DNA of 51,227 bases, filler included, from Catajapyx aquilonaris (GCA_000934665.2; 3 parts of 3 records of this genome joined end to end with filler, not necessarily neighbours in it); one strand, 5' to 3'; positions 21,994 through 34,316 are shown, numbered from the whole stretch's first letter. The notes: a model not told the origin generated them from the sequence alone. A program made the numbers and translations.

Positions 21994-24690
21994 CAAATCA
22001 ATCAAATCAAATCAAATCAAATTTATTTATACTCCCCCCAAAGGGAACTGGCGTTCCATAGTAGGGGGGGGACTCACATATATAGTAACAAATAACAAAT
22101 GTTGTCGAAACCGAGCACTCTACAAAACAATATCACAAAATTTCAATAATTTACAGGCATCTTTGAAAAAATTATACAAATTAAGAATGTCAGGTTTAGA
22201 ACAACCACAGAAAACATGATGGAATTTATTTGGTGGCGCGGAAGGCATATCACTTAGGTAACGCTGTCTACAAGAGTAAAGAAAGTGATGCAAGTTAAAG
22301 AAGGAGGAGGATTCATTACAAAGAGTACAGAACTGAATATCATCGAATCTAACAACATATCCATCTAACCAAAATGTGTTAGAATTGTTGCGCAGATTCG
22401 TTAATAGACGTAATGCAGGGAGGGGGAGGCCCAAGTGAAAATGTTGTTCCATCATGTAATCAAGTTTAATATATTTATAGTGGGTATAGCGAGAAGTTGA
22501 ATCTTCCAAGCGTTTGAGGTCAGTATCTACTGTGTATACCCAATAAAAGTGGTAAGGAGGTCCACGAAATTGATTTTATCTCTGTGTACCAACCAAGTTT
22601 GAAAAGATATACCAGCACAATTAAACATTTAATTAACCAGCTGATACCAACCATTCTCGTGAGGACAAGCATCATCCATGGCATACATTAGAATTTGTTT
22701 TTGAAAAGTGTTGCCCGATCTATTCAAATTGGTTATCAAGAATTTATACAATTGGCGAAAGACATTAACGGAGAGTGGTCTGCGCCCAGTTTCGAGATGC
22801 ACAAAATAGCCCGAGGTACATCTTGGTAAGCTTAATAGCTTTTTTAAGAAAAATGATTGTAACTTATCTATGATCTCCAGGTGTGCCAAACCCCAAATGT
22901 GGGAATTGTAAAGGATAATTGGCAAAATTTTGGCATCAAAAATTCTAAGTGCTGATTTAATGCTACGTAATTTAGTTTTAACAAACTAGAGTGGGCCAAA
23001 GCGCGTTAATCGCAGTTACAGCCTTGTTCAAAAAATAGGTGGGTGCAGTCCGGAACTTAACCGTCGACGTAAAAGGGACGCCTAAATATTTATATTCCTT
23101 AACTATATCCAACGGCTGATGCCCCCAGAAAAATTTGTCTGACCTGGACAGTTTACCACCTCGTCGGAAAACCATCACTTTAGTCTTTGTTATATTTACT
23201 TCCATATGATTGAGTAAGGTATATTTGTAAAAAACATCAATAGTCTTCTGTAGATATAGACGATTCTCTCCAAGTAAAATAATGTCGTCTGCATATTGGA
23301 GAAAAAAAATCGTTGGGATCGCTTTGCCAATATGTAACCCAGAAATATTATTATCAATCAAAAAATTCTGCAGGTCAGCCGTGAATAAATTAAAGAGGGT
23401 AGGACTGAGAGTCTCATCTTGTAGCACCCCTTTTGTTATGGATACCTGGGTATTCAAATCTTCAGAGAAAATACAGACAGATCCATATAAACTTCGAATT
23501 GTTCTTATCAGCTTATTTCCGACTCCAAACTGATAAAGCTTACGCCAGAGTAGATGGAAAGGGATGGAGTCGAAAGCTTTAGAAAAATCGACATATAGGC
23601 CGTAAAATCTACCCTGCTTTTTGAGAAGATAACGGTTTTGAAGAATATGTAGCGTAAAAATAAGATCGGTGCAACCATAGCCTGGGCGAAAACCGGCTTG
23701 CGTCGCCGGTAGTACATTATTTATTTCGATCCACTTTATCAGTCTAGTATTTAAGATCGCAGTGAAAAGTTTTAAGATATGATTAAGCAAGGAAATCGGC
23801 CTATAGTTCACGGGGTCCGTTGTATCTCCGCTTTTATAAATGGGTATAACGCGAATATGAGTCCATTGAGTAGGGACCAGGCCGGTGTCCAGAATTTTAT
23901 TGAATTGTCTAAGTAGATAAGAGCAAAATTTTTCCGAACCTAGTTTGAAGATTTCATTTGGGATATTATCCGGGCCCGTCGCTTTCCCCATTTTTAGTTT
24001 GGCAATGGCACCCGTTAATTCGATCATAGTAATAGGGTCTTGTAGTATTGGGACATATAGTGAAAGGTAGGTCGGATCAGGATCGATAGTTATTAGGGGA
24101 CAGTCATATTGAAGCGCCAAGTATGCTAACCATTCATCCTCAGGTATCGCAGCACGTTTAGGTTTACGACTATGTTGTTTAATAGTGTCCCAAAATTGCT
24201 TAGCATCACGCGTTTGTAGTATGCGTTGTAAAGTACAATTAAAATATAATTTCTTTTTTGCTTTAACCAGGTTCCGGTAGACACGAAAAGAGGTAACATA
24301 TTTAGTCCGATCTTCGTCCGATCCCGTTCGTCTCCATTTTCCCAACATTCCTTGTAACTTACTTTTGCTTTTCCCGAGTGAATAATCGTATGAAGGTTTA
24401 GATCTCCTAATTTTGTTATGAGATGGAGTGGTACTTTTCAATACACCATGGCATCGAAGCATAGCGGTAAGTAAGCTTTGACACCTGCAAGCGAGATCAC
24501 CACAGTCCAGGTCAGAATCAAATAGGAGATCAGAAATATCGTCTAATTTATCTTTTAAGAAAGCTAGACCGGTTTTTGGAATGTTTAGAGTCATGGTCTG
24601 GGAGCACGGCGCAGGCTTTGTAGGTCTATATTCGGTAAAGGTAGCAACTATTGGAAAATGGTAGGAACCAACTACATATAAGAATGGTCC
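21994..24690 (-). mobile_element. 5'-truncated non-LTR retrotransposon (RTE-X-like), reverse transcriptase ORF broken by stops/frameshifts
   Basis: ORF 24594-22978 carries KATGPDNI, NYRPISLL, QAGFR, VDFSKAFD, LSPTLFN, LQYADD and YKYLG; downstream fragments LETGRRPL and CTLCN...HFLYSC; 3' AATAAA + (TTTGA)n tail at ~21994-22030; 5' boundary approximate; clade assignment from recalled motifs. Confidence 0.92.
22978..24594 (-). pseudogene. non-LTR reverse transcriptase domain
   Basis: 538-aa ORF with all core RT motifs; GVLQD in place of the usual GVxQG; endonuclease domain largely missing. Confidence 0.9.
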
Positions 24691-24964
24691 TACTCAGCAC
24701 TGGATTGATGGCAAGGCAACCTAGGCGCTTGCCTAGGGCGGCAGACTTCAAGGGGCGGCAAATTTAGGCATGCAAAAATAAGTAAACGAAAAAAATAAAA
24801 ATAAAACAAACTCTGGACTGGAAGCAGCTCTGGATTTACCATTGGGCAAAGTATGAAATTGCCTAGAGGCCTAGAGGCAAGTTGCAATAAATATTTTTCG
24901 AATAGGCTAAAATAGTAGGAAATAAAGGCGAAATCAGTTAAAAATTCAACATTTCAAATAGCCC

Positions 24965-25058
24965 CCTTTCCAGGACCATTTTCTGATTATTCGCGTTTCC
25001 CAATTATCTGGCAACACCTGTGCAGTCATTAGCTTGGATAATAATCGGAAGTACAGTG
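24965..25058. mobile_element. Tigger-like terminal fragment
   Basis: Homologous to 36060-36146 (GGACCATTTTC...GTGCAGTCATTAGC...ATAATCGG). Confidence 0.6.
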
Positions 25059-25942
25059 TACCTATGTGTACAAACGGTAGGGTCGCCCTGTATTGTTGCA
25101 CAAACATTGGGTAGGCTCAGTTCGCCATACAGTTCGCCACCCATAGCTGCCTTCTGGCACAGTCACCCTTGCCAGGTTTGGCCATTATGGGGTTGGGGAA
25201 TGACTAAGAGAGGTGCGTTCTTTCAATGCTATTGTACATTGAGGGGGTTAAAATCAAAAACTGCCAGCTCCGTCATAAACGTAACGGAGAAAAATGAGAA
25301 AAACCTACACTTTCGCCGTATATGTCAACGTAGATACCTGAATGTAGCGGCTATACCCATATACATATGTAGGGTTTTTTATACCATATTCAGGTATTAT
25401 GTATTCCATGGCACGAGGAATGCATTTCCGGCGCTACTCTTTTTTTTTTTTTTCTGGAGCTGGCGGTTTTTGATTTGAATCCCCTCATTTACCCCACAAC
25501 CTTCAATTTTGCATTATACAGGGTGTTTCCTGTAACTCTGTAGAGACTTTCAGGGGTCATTTATCTTCCGTTGTTGTGGCGAGGTAAGGATAATCCACAC
25601 CCGCATAATCGTGAGTACAGTATATACGCTATTATATGCTATTATCTATACCAGAACTACTCATCCTGGAAAATACCACCACCATGTCAGCTGCAACAGG
25701 TAACTTAAGAAGCCATTATATCGTAAACGCCAGTATGTCAACCACAACAGACTTCACTTTTTGAATCAAGCATATGGATGGTTTCCCTACGTCAAGTTTC
25801 ATAAGCTTCTCAACTTACAGCAAGTACTGTGCCCTTGTGAGAGCAGGTGCTCACCTTCCCTAACACCCCATGTACCGTATATCATACGCAGACACACTCT
25901 TCACAAAGCCGTTTATACGGCGAAAGTCAATGAGATACTCAC

Positions 25943-25996
25943 ACCCCTGGGGCCAGCAGAAGGGGAAGCTGGTGGCATGCTGGTGGATCCGGCATC
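25943..25996 (-). CDS. putative symmetric exon
   Basis: ttttag|DAGSTSMPPASPSAGPRG|gtgagt; 54 nt. Confidence 0.55.
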
Positions 25997-27016
25997 CTAA
26001 AAACACAATTAAAATTCCATTAGGATGAATAAAACCCACTGGGATTCTTCCCAAAGCCCTTAATATTTTTGAATTATTTGGAGGCCCCTGCCCTGGGATA
26101 AATTGTGCAGATGAAAACACTCCTAACCATACAGAGCCATCAATAATAAGTAATGGGAAGATATTATCATGTGGTTCAAGACTCCTCCGGCTTTTAAGAA
26201 AAACAAGCATTTAACAACATAAAATAATCCAGGAAAATGTGCCTTACGCATCTGGGGGTGGGAGACATATGCCCAGTATTGGCTGGATTCAGTTGGGTTG
26301 ATACCAACGAAATTGGGCCATTTTTGGAAATTGCAGCATCTAAAGACTATTTAATGTTACTGTTTTTTCATGAAACAATGCATAGCCTTGAAACTAGATA
26401 TGCACACACACAGGGATGTATTGTACGAGCCAATTAAGATGCAATAACTTTTAGCTAGGACATCAGCCAGGACATTTCCAGGACATCAGCCAGTACCCAG
26501 GTGGTATTTTGGGATTGCGAAATACCGGCTCCGAGCCAGTCCATGAATTACAGTGTGTGTATATATATATATACCCAAGGTTTACTGCTGAAAAAAATGC
26601 GGCATTTTTTTCCCCTTGACATATTAATATTGCTCAAGGACGAGGACTCTATTTTATGACAATAATTGTGGTTAACCCAGAGGGCAACTTTCAGCAGTGG
26701 CTTAGAGCAGAAATCAAACTTTCAATGAAATCAGATTCCAGCACCTTTCATTCCATAAAATGATATTCCTCATAACTATCATTACCAACATGCAAGAGAA
26801 AATTAATCAAGTCCACTTTTGGCAGTTTACAGTTACACCACTAACAAGTAAATCATTCTTTCTGCTGTCCCCTGGTAATGTCCAGAAGTTAGTCCTGCAG
26901 ATTCATAATGAGCCAGAAAGCAGATATTTTCTGCATTAGCTAGCTAGCTGTTGCTACAGTCAGCAGGGGATACTTTACACAGTTTTGAAGGCTTCCCATT
27001 AACATGTCAACCTCAC

Positions 27017-27148
27017 CTCACAGGTGGAGGCAGCCATGGCGGTGTCAATCGCCACCGCCACGGCTGCCGCTGTCACGAGCATTGTTGTTGCTGGGGTGGA
27101 TGCCGCAGGGGCGTCCGGCCTGGGCGGCGATGTGACGGCAGCAGGTGA
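27017..27148 (-). CDS. putative symmetric exon
   Basis: ttttag|SPAAVTSPPRPDAPAASTPATTMLVTAAAVAVAIDTAMAASTCE|gtgagg; 132 nt. Confidence 0.6.
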
Positions 27149-27349
27149 CTAAAAAGACATTTAAAATACCATTAGGATGAGGGCAGCCTTATTTTTCGAT
27201 TCACATTAGGACTAAGATATCAATACTCTGTTCCACACGGTGCATTATCGAGTCAGAAGCCTGCGCTACTGCCCACGAAAACTCAACCAGAGTTATTTTA
27301 TTTTATTTATGCTGTCAATCATCCTGTGTATTGTCAAGTAGCCACTCAC

Positions 27350-27436
27350 CTGCTGCGGCAGCCCCCTCCTCCCACTTAGTGGGAAGAGGCTTCGTCGGAA
27401 CAACTTGAACCTCCTCTCAGCAGGGGGGCTGGGATC
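27350..27436 (-). CDS. putative symmetric exon
   Basis: ttttag|DPSPPAERRFKLFRRSLFPLSGRRGLPQQ|gtgagt; 87 nt. Confidence 0.6.
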
Positions 27437-27541
27437 CTAAAACCACATGTATAAAATGTCGTTAGGATGAATTAAAACCAGTGAAAAACATGTCACTTCT
27501 ACTCTGCCCTCTTGGCAGCAGCTAATTGTCTAGGTAATCAC

Positions 27542-27577
27542 CTGTGCTGGCCGCTGCAACTCGTCCGGCGAATCATC
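27542..27577 (-). CDS. putative symmetric micro-exon
   Basis: ctttccaccttag|DDSPDELQRPAQ|gtgatt; 36 nt. Confidence 0.5.
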
Positions 27578-27807
27578 CTAAGGTGGAAAGAAATATTACC
27601 ATTAATGAGTGAAACATAGTTCACAGTTGTTGTTTCTGAAGAGGACTACAGCTGCCCTATGCATGGCTTATTCCCTCTTCAAACACAAGTGGACTTTGGG
27701 ACCCACTGCACCAACCCGGATGTGATACAAGGGAGTTAGATTTTATACATTAGTAATTTAAAAAATTGCCGAATTAGATTGCCCTTTAGTGAGATAGTCA
27801 TGTCATA

Positions 27808-28551
27808 CGAGGGTTGATTCAAAAGTCATGGCGCGTTTTTTTAAATTCAAAAACTGCAACACATACAAAGATGACCTTTGCCGAGTTTTGAAGATCCGGA
27901 GATTATAATTTTATCTGGCATACAGATGTCGCCCATATCGCAAGGGGGCCGGAAAACAAAAGGGGATCGTGACCCCCCCACTATCGCCCTGAGACGGCCT
28001 GAGCCCACCGCGCTTGGAGCTGTTGTACGCTGCATGTGGGACACTCGGAGATGGACAACACTGGCGCTTGCTTTCGAGTGTGGGACAAGTCAGAGCACTA
28101 TGACCAGAGCCATGTGTCATCCATTGCCACAGACAGTTTTAAAAACCCATCGCCCTCAATGCGATCGAGTTCCAAGGAAAAATGGCGGCACTTTTGCACC
28201 TCAAAGAGATGGCGAGGAACCAGTGAGGATGGCAATTTCCTGAGACCTCTCAGTCTTTCAGAGTCCTAAGCATAGTGCTCGGACTTGCCCCACACTCGAA
28301 ATCAAGCTCCCGTGTTGTCTATCGCCGAGTGTCCAGCATGCAATGTCCAACAGCTCCAAGCACATCAGGCTCGGGCCGTCTCAGGGCGATGGTGCGGTGA
28401 AGGGGTCACATCCCCCCTTTGTTTCCCCACCTCCCTAGCAATATGGGCGATTGTAATGGCCGAATCTTCAAAACTCAGCAAAGGTCATCTCTGTATGTGT
28501 TACAGTTTTTGAATAAAAAAATACGCGCCATGACTTTTGAATCAACCCTCG
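27808..28551. mobile_element. mariner-derived fold-back MITE
   Basis: TA|CGAGGGTTGATTCAAAAGTCATGGCGCG ... CGCGCCATGACTTTTGAATCAACCCTCG; inverted arms ~290 bp. Confidence 0.88.
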
Positions 28552-30273
28552 CATTTCTCATCATCAGATGTAGCTGATATCATAATCAGACTACAACCGC
28601 AAAACTGCATTGGTTGTACACTAGGGAGGTGAAATCCTGCTTTATGCTTGGGACTGGTACACCAGTACACCCAACTATTGTGTATTATTGCTTCTTATGT
28701 AATTAAAGCCTTTCAGTATAATACAAGACATGGTCCACAATTTATTGCTGACTTTTCCTCCCACCTGAGAATTAAACCCATGGTATACCGACAGTGACGT
28801 CACAATATTTCAAATCCAGTCAACTGGCCCAATGAGCCAAGAAATTTAACGAGAGTAATTTTGCAGGAAAAATATCTCAAGGAATCTACAGATCTGAGAG
28901 CAAGTGCGCACCTTTCATATACCGCCTGTTCATATCATATGGAGACGTACCGTTGCGAGCAGAAAGTTGGAAACCCCAGGCTATGTGCCCAGGGTCTTCC
29001 CAGCCGGCAGAACCTCTGCCTGTCCCCCCCATTACTAACGAGACACGACATCTGATATTGGTCTGGTGTTTGGCTGGGGAGGAGGGGAGGGGGGGGGGGC
29101 ATTATGGCGCCGAATTCCAGTCCCTCGATTTAATCATTGTCGCTCTTATTTGCATGTCATGGTCTTCGCACTTTCGCATATTTGGAGAACGTTGCATCGC
29201 TACTAGGTTCAAATTAGACCAACGTTGCATGTCAGAATGACCATGTCAGTGCCAAGCATGAATAAAGACGCACTAGGCGTAGGCAATAAATGTACCATAC
29301 TGTTTATGCGCAGTTTACAACAGTCCGCTTTGTACTGCTGAAATGACAAGATGAGGGTGGAAGTGCAGGAAGAGACACCACTCATTGTTTAACCCGGCAA
29401 TTGATTTAAACACACATCAACAATCGCTATACGTTACCATGCACCTCATCGTTTTTTGCATTGCATCACTTCATAATGGATGCTGGGGTAAACAATGCAG
29501 CAAACCGCCTCTTCTTCCTGCCTCTTTCATATATCATCTTCAACTGGGGACTTGGGCAATGAAAACTTCTTGCTCATGCGTTCTTGCTGTAATGACGTCG
29601 ATCACTGCGACAATGCATGATGCCACCTTTCAATCAGCTTGTGGGGTTCATAATTATCGTACTCTACGAACGGCATACAGTAGTAGCAAGTTACCATTGG
29701 AACTAGGAATAATTTTGCAAAGGTATCCCCGTTTCTGTGAGCGCCACATCATCTCAGGTGAGGTGATTCTTTCTCTCATTTTCTTTGGCATTGCCGACTT
29801 GCCGTTCTCCTTTGAACTTGCGACAGAGAGTTCTACAGCCGAAGGTCATTGGCCAGGACGCCAGGTTGTCCACTACAGGAAAATCAAGATGGCACGTCAT
29901 TTAAGTTTCATCTATATTCCCAATAGCGGCAAGAGCTAATTCAGGTGTCGACATGGCATATATTATTGCAAACAAATCCTGCTGCTACAAAATATTGATA
30001 CTCGGTAACCGGTTCAGAATTTTTTTAAATGCACTCATATTAGGCCTACAACTTAGGAGAATGATGATATCTTCATATGAGTGTTGATAATGATGCATGA
30101 GATATGTTGATGCTTTCTTCCTTCTTTTGTTAATGTTCCTCTATCCCACTCATACTACACTTTCACTCATACTATAATGTTACCGAACTGCTCCATTTTG
30201 TTGCTTTACGATGCTTTATATTTTCTTATCATTATGGCAATTTCATTTAATGCAGGGGTGTTCAGACAATATA

Positions 30274-30835
30274 CAGGGTGTCTATTGTAACTCTGCAAAG
30301 ACTTTCAGGGATAATAGAGGGGACCAAGACAAGTATTTTTGACATAGGAACCCGTGTCCGGAAACGTCATCTAGAGGGGGTTCATAGACAAGGAACGGGT
30401 GCGCTCAGACGCGTCAGGCGAGAGGCGCTAAGAGAGCGGACTGTTTTGTTGATAGATGGCGCCCAGTTGTTGCCAGGTTATGGCGTATCGCGTCGTTGTA
30501 CGCAAACAACAACGCGATACGCCATAACCTGGCAACAACAGAACCGCTGTTGACTGTCCGCGCGTTTCCTAGGAGGCATACTTTAGTTGCTAGATGGCTC
30601 TGCTGTTGTCAGGTTATGACACATTGCATTGTTGGTTACTATCCGAGCGCCATCTATCAACAAATCAGGCCGCTCCCCTAGCGCCTCTCGCGTGACGCGT
30701 CTGAGCTCACCCGTTCCTTGTCTATGAACCCACTCTAGATGACGTTTCCGGACACAGATTCCTATGTCAAAAATACTTGTCTTGGTCCCCTCTATTACCC
30801 CTGAAAGTCTTTGCAGAGTTACAATAGACACCCTG
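30274..30835. mobile_element. Tc1-type fold-back MITE
   Basis: TA|CAGGGTGTCTATTGTAACTCTGCAAAGACTTTCAGGG ... reverse complement |TA; arms ~190 bp; inner hairpin 30466-30539; relatives at 25519 and 35773. Confidence 0.9.
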
Positions 30836-31761
30836 TATAGTAAAGTTTCGAGCATTCAAACTCATATGAAGCTTCAGACATGATTTTATCAAATTTGGTA
30901 TGGCCCGGTATGGTCAGCGACTCCTAGAAAGTTACACATCCGAGAACCCAGATTCTTAATAACCCAGATATACCGAGCATCCCCTATATAGGGCATACCT
31001 GCACAGTGAAGTTGTTATATTTTAATTTTTTTCCCTTCGTTTTACTGTTGCTAAAGAGCTGGCAGTATAGTCACTGGTGCTTCAGTAGAGTCACAGCTAA
31101 TGATGCAAGTTCAAACCTGCTCAGTATTGCTTCAGCTTTTTAACATGTAGGTGTTTGAATTTCAACTGAGAAAAAAATGGCTGCACCTTCATGTTCCGAA
31201 TATGATTAGTTTAATTAATTCTCAAATGTTTATTAGTGTCATGAGTTATTTATTGTTTGTAATGCTGAGAAAACTTCATGAATGATGATCTCGCTGTGGA
31301 AATATGGGCGTATTTTTTACTTTCCTCGTTTGAGAGTAGGCCTATTGTTCCAATGTGGTGTCCCCTCTGGGGAGCACAAGAGGCAAATGAACCCACATTA
31401 GAACAAGTGGATTTTGTACGCTTTCTTGAACTGTTTTTTAATGAATCCACATAATTAAAACGAGATTACATGCCAATTGGTTAACATGGCAACTGTTGCA
31501 ACAACGCTTGATTGTTGTCGATTGAAACTCAATCACAACCCATTCTTTGCACGGCCCTGTTTCCGTGGTAATGCAATCGACAACAATCAATCCTTGGTGA
31601 TATTATGAAACTATGGATATTCCTGAATGTCACTGTTGCCATGGTAGTGTAATCAACAACTATTATAGCCATACTAGGTTGCATTTTCCCAGCATCCCAT
31701 AATTATAGGGAATGGCCATTTCTTCGCAAACAAGCATTCAGAAAAACAGTTTATCTCGATA

Positions 31762-32340
31762 CAGTAAAACTTCTATAAGTCGAACTTCCCTAAGTCGAAG
31801 TTCTCTATATGTCGAAGAAAATGACGAGCTTGGTTGGTCACAATGTAAAAGAATAGGAAATAAACTTCCCTAACTCGAATTTCTATAACTCGAAGTTCTC
31901 TATAACTTGAAGTGCTGGCAGGGCCTTATGATGGGATATCAATGCATTTTCAGTCTCCCTAAGTCGAAGTTCATGTTGGCGAGTACGGAAAATATTTTCT
32001 CATTTCCCAGCCGAAGGGTCGAGAGTAGGCCATATGTACAGAAAGGCTCCATTTCCTGATCTCCGTCTACCAGACGTACCTAAAGAAGTGTTTGACTCGA
32101 TTGTGACAATATTGAATCCTTGAATTTAAGAGTAGGCAAATGTCCATAATGGAGATTTTTTTTCACCAAAACAACGAGGAACATTTTAAGTGTGACTGTG
32201 ACAGTTATTTTAAAGTTTTGAGAACACCTTTCGTTGTTGGATATAAAGGTAGGCTTATTCCAAACTTCTCTAACTTGAATCTTCTATAACCCGAAGTTTT
32301 TTCCCAGTCCCATGGAGATTAGATTAGATGAGTTTTACTG
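31762..32340. mobile_element. pogo/Tigger-type MITE
   Basis: TA|CAGTAAAACTTCTATAAGTCGAA ... GAGTTTTACTG; repeated TAAGTCGAA sub-terminal motifs; second copy at 35043-35448. Confidence 0.8.
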
Positions 32341-33415
32341 GTCTTTTGGGAACTAATACGAACTAGTATAAATAAACAAAGTTCAAAAAGTCAACAAACA
32401 TTTTTCCTGGCATATCATGGACAAGTATTAATCCAGGGAATGTCCGTCGACTGTAGACCTCGTTGTCGCAAGGTCTAAGGAGAACGGTAATGTCAAATAA
32501 AAGAGACAGGGACCCCATTTCAAAATTATTCCCAGTTCCGGTGGTAACTTGCAATTACTGCATGCCTTTCATAGAGTATGAAGCACATACTTAAGATCCC
32601 CTCAAGCTGATTGAAAGGCGTCATCATGCATTGTCGCAGTATGTCATTACAGCAGGAATGCACGAGCAAGAAGTTTTCATTGCCCAAGTCCCCAGTTGAA
32701 GATGATGAACAAACGATGATGGCCAAGTTAATCTGCAGTGATTGTTGATGAGGGTTTTAATCAGTTGCCGGGGTAAACAACGATAGGCGTCTTTCCCTGC
32801 ACTCCCACCCTCATCTTGACATTTAGCCTTGATGTCGGCAGTGCAAAGACTCAGCCTTTTGTAAACCGCACATAAACGATGTGGTGCATTTATTGAATAT
32901 GCCGAGACCGTCTTTTTCGTGCTTGGCACTGGCATCGTCATTCTGACATGCAACATGCACCAATAATATTATATTATGCTAAAATTCGACAGACCATGAC
33001 ATGCAAATGAAGGCGACAAAACCACAGGAACCTGGAATATGCCGCCACAAAGGTCACGCAAGCCTACTTCAGGGAATATATCAGGTAGCATACGGACCTG
33101 GTTAAAAATGTGGGGGAATAGACGGCCTTGGTCTTGCATATAAGGTGAAACGAAAGCATTCACACCTATCCCCTCCCAGGCCAGCTCCCTGTGAGTTACC
33201 AGACCAATAATTATGAGATACCATGTCTCGCTAGTAAAGTAGTAATGGCGGGGACAGGCAGAGGCTCTGCCGGCGGGGAAGACCCTGGGCACATGTCTTG
33301 GGGTTTCCAACTTTCTGCTAGGGACTGTACATGCGTGGCTCTTTCACAAGGTGGTTTTACTTATTGCAAAAGTGCCATTTCGGCATAACCATTTACAAGT
33401 CAATGAGATACTCAC

Positions 33416-33544
33416 GGAGTATCTGTCGTAAGGGTCTAATGGACCCACTTGGGCTGGGGCTCTTCCTGCCCTTTCAGGCGTGGCTGCCCACAATGATTTT
33501 AGGGGCGGTCTCCTTGGGCGGCGGGCGGCTGCTTTTGGGGCGGC
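33416..33544 (-). CDS. putative symmetric exon
   Basis: ttttag|AAPKAAARRPRRPPLKSLWAATPERAGRAPAQVGPLDPYDRYS|gtgagtatctcattgac; 129 nt; donor flank identical to that of exon 25943-25996. Confidence 0.55.
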
Positions 33545-34068
33545 CTAAAAATGCATTCATAATGTTAGTATGAACTTTAGAAGCTGAAAAACATATCATG
33601 TTAGTTTCCTCAGTGTCACAACGATTATTCTTCTGCCTTCATTGTGCCCATTTCAGAATTGGGCACAATGATTTCTTATCCGTAGAACAACTTGGACAGA
33701 TAGTGTCCAATGACTTCATGGGCCAAATGACCACATTAGGTAGTATTTTTTTGGAAATTCTGGATACAGCACAGTTCATGCCTCAAAAGGTCTTGCTCAT
33801 CATTTGGAATATGTTCAAAGCCATCACTCCCATGAGTAAGCAGCAAGTTCAAATTCTCCCTGGCTTATTAATTAACAACACCTTTCGATCACTCCTGAAT
33901 ATTCAAGTTAGCTACTGCTTCATGTGCAGAGACCCTCCTGGTGTTGTTTAAGTAATATTCACTTTAATGGTCAGTAAACTGCATACGTATGAAAAGGTGA
34001 ATCATAATACATAGTTCACATGCGAACTATGTGTCACTAATTAATGGTAATATTTCTTTCCACCTTAG

Positions 34069-34119
34069 GATACATCGCCATATATGGATGATTCTCAAAC
34101 ACTTGCCAATAAACAACAA
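34069..34119 (+). CDS. putative exon start of oppositely oriented paralog (truncated by gap)
   Basis: Acceptor flank GAACTATG..TCACT.ATTAATGGTAATATTTCTTTCCACCTTAG|GAT matches the minus-strand acceptor at 27578-27622; reads DTSPYMDDSQTLANKQQ. Confidence 0.45.
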
Positions 34120-34219
34120 NNNNNNNNNNNNNNNNNNNNNNNNNNNNNNNNNNNNNNNNNNNNTTAATTAATTAANNNNNNNNNNNNNNNNNNNNNNNNN
34201 NNNNNNNNNNNNNNNNNNN
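34120..34219. other. artificial contig linker
   Basis: 44 N + TTAATTAATTAA + 44 N. Confidence 0.97.
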
Positions 34220-34316
34220 TCTAGGTACTGTATCAGGGGTATACAGAAGTTCAACAGTCTGCCGCTAATTCTCCGGTGGCGCTGGCGGGGTACGGGTGCT
34301 GTCTCCAGACACTTGT

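Larger units (their letters stand above)
28950..33325. repeat. long diverged inverted duplication
   Basis: ~28950-29880 aligns in reverse to ~32415-33325, e.g. CATCTTCAACTGGGGACTTGGGCAATGAAAACTTCTTGCTC and AGCAGAAAGTTGGAAACCCC. Confidence 0.85.

Noticed and set aside
26248..26339. additional exon of the modular gene (DAAISKNGP...SPTPRC)
   Set aside because: Good splice signals but 92 nt, which breaks the phase 0-0 pattern; it may be a decayed exon and is not called.
29385..29939. 184-aa plus-strand ORF
   Set aside because: The frame is not preserved in the inverted copy at 32415-33000; no recognisable homology.
31762..32340. CRISPR-like spaced repeats (TAAGTCGAA)
   Set aside because: Short, irregularly spaced sub-terminal repeats of a Tigger-type MITE in a eukaryotic genome; no cas genes.
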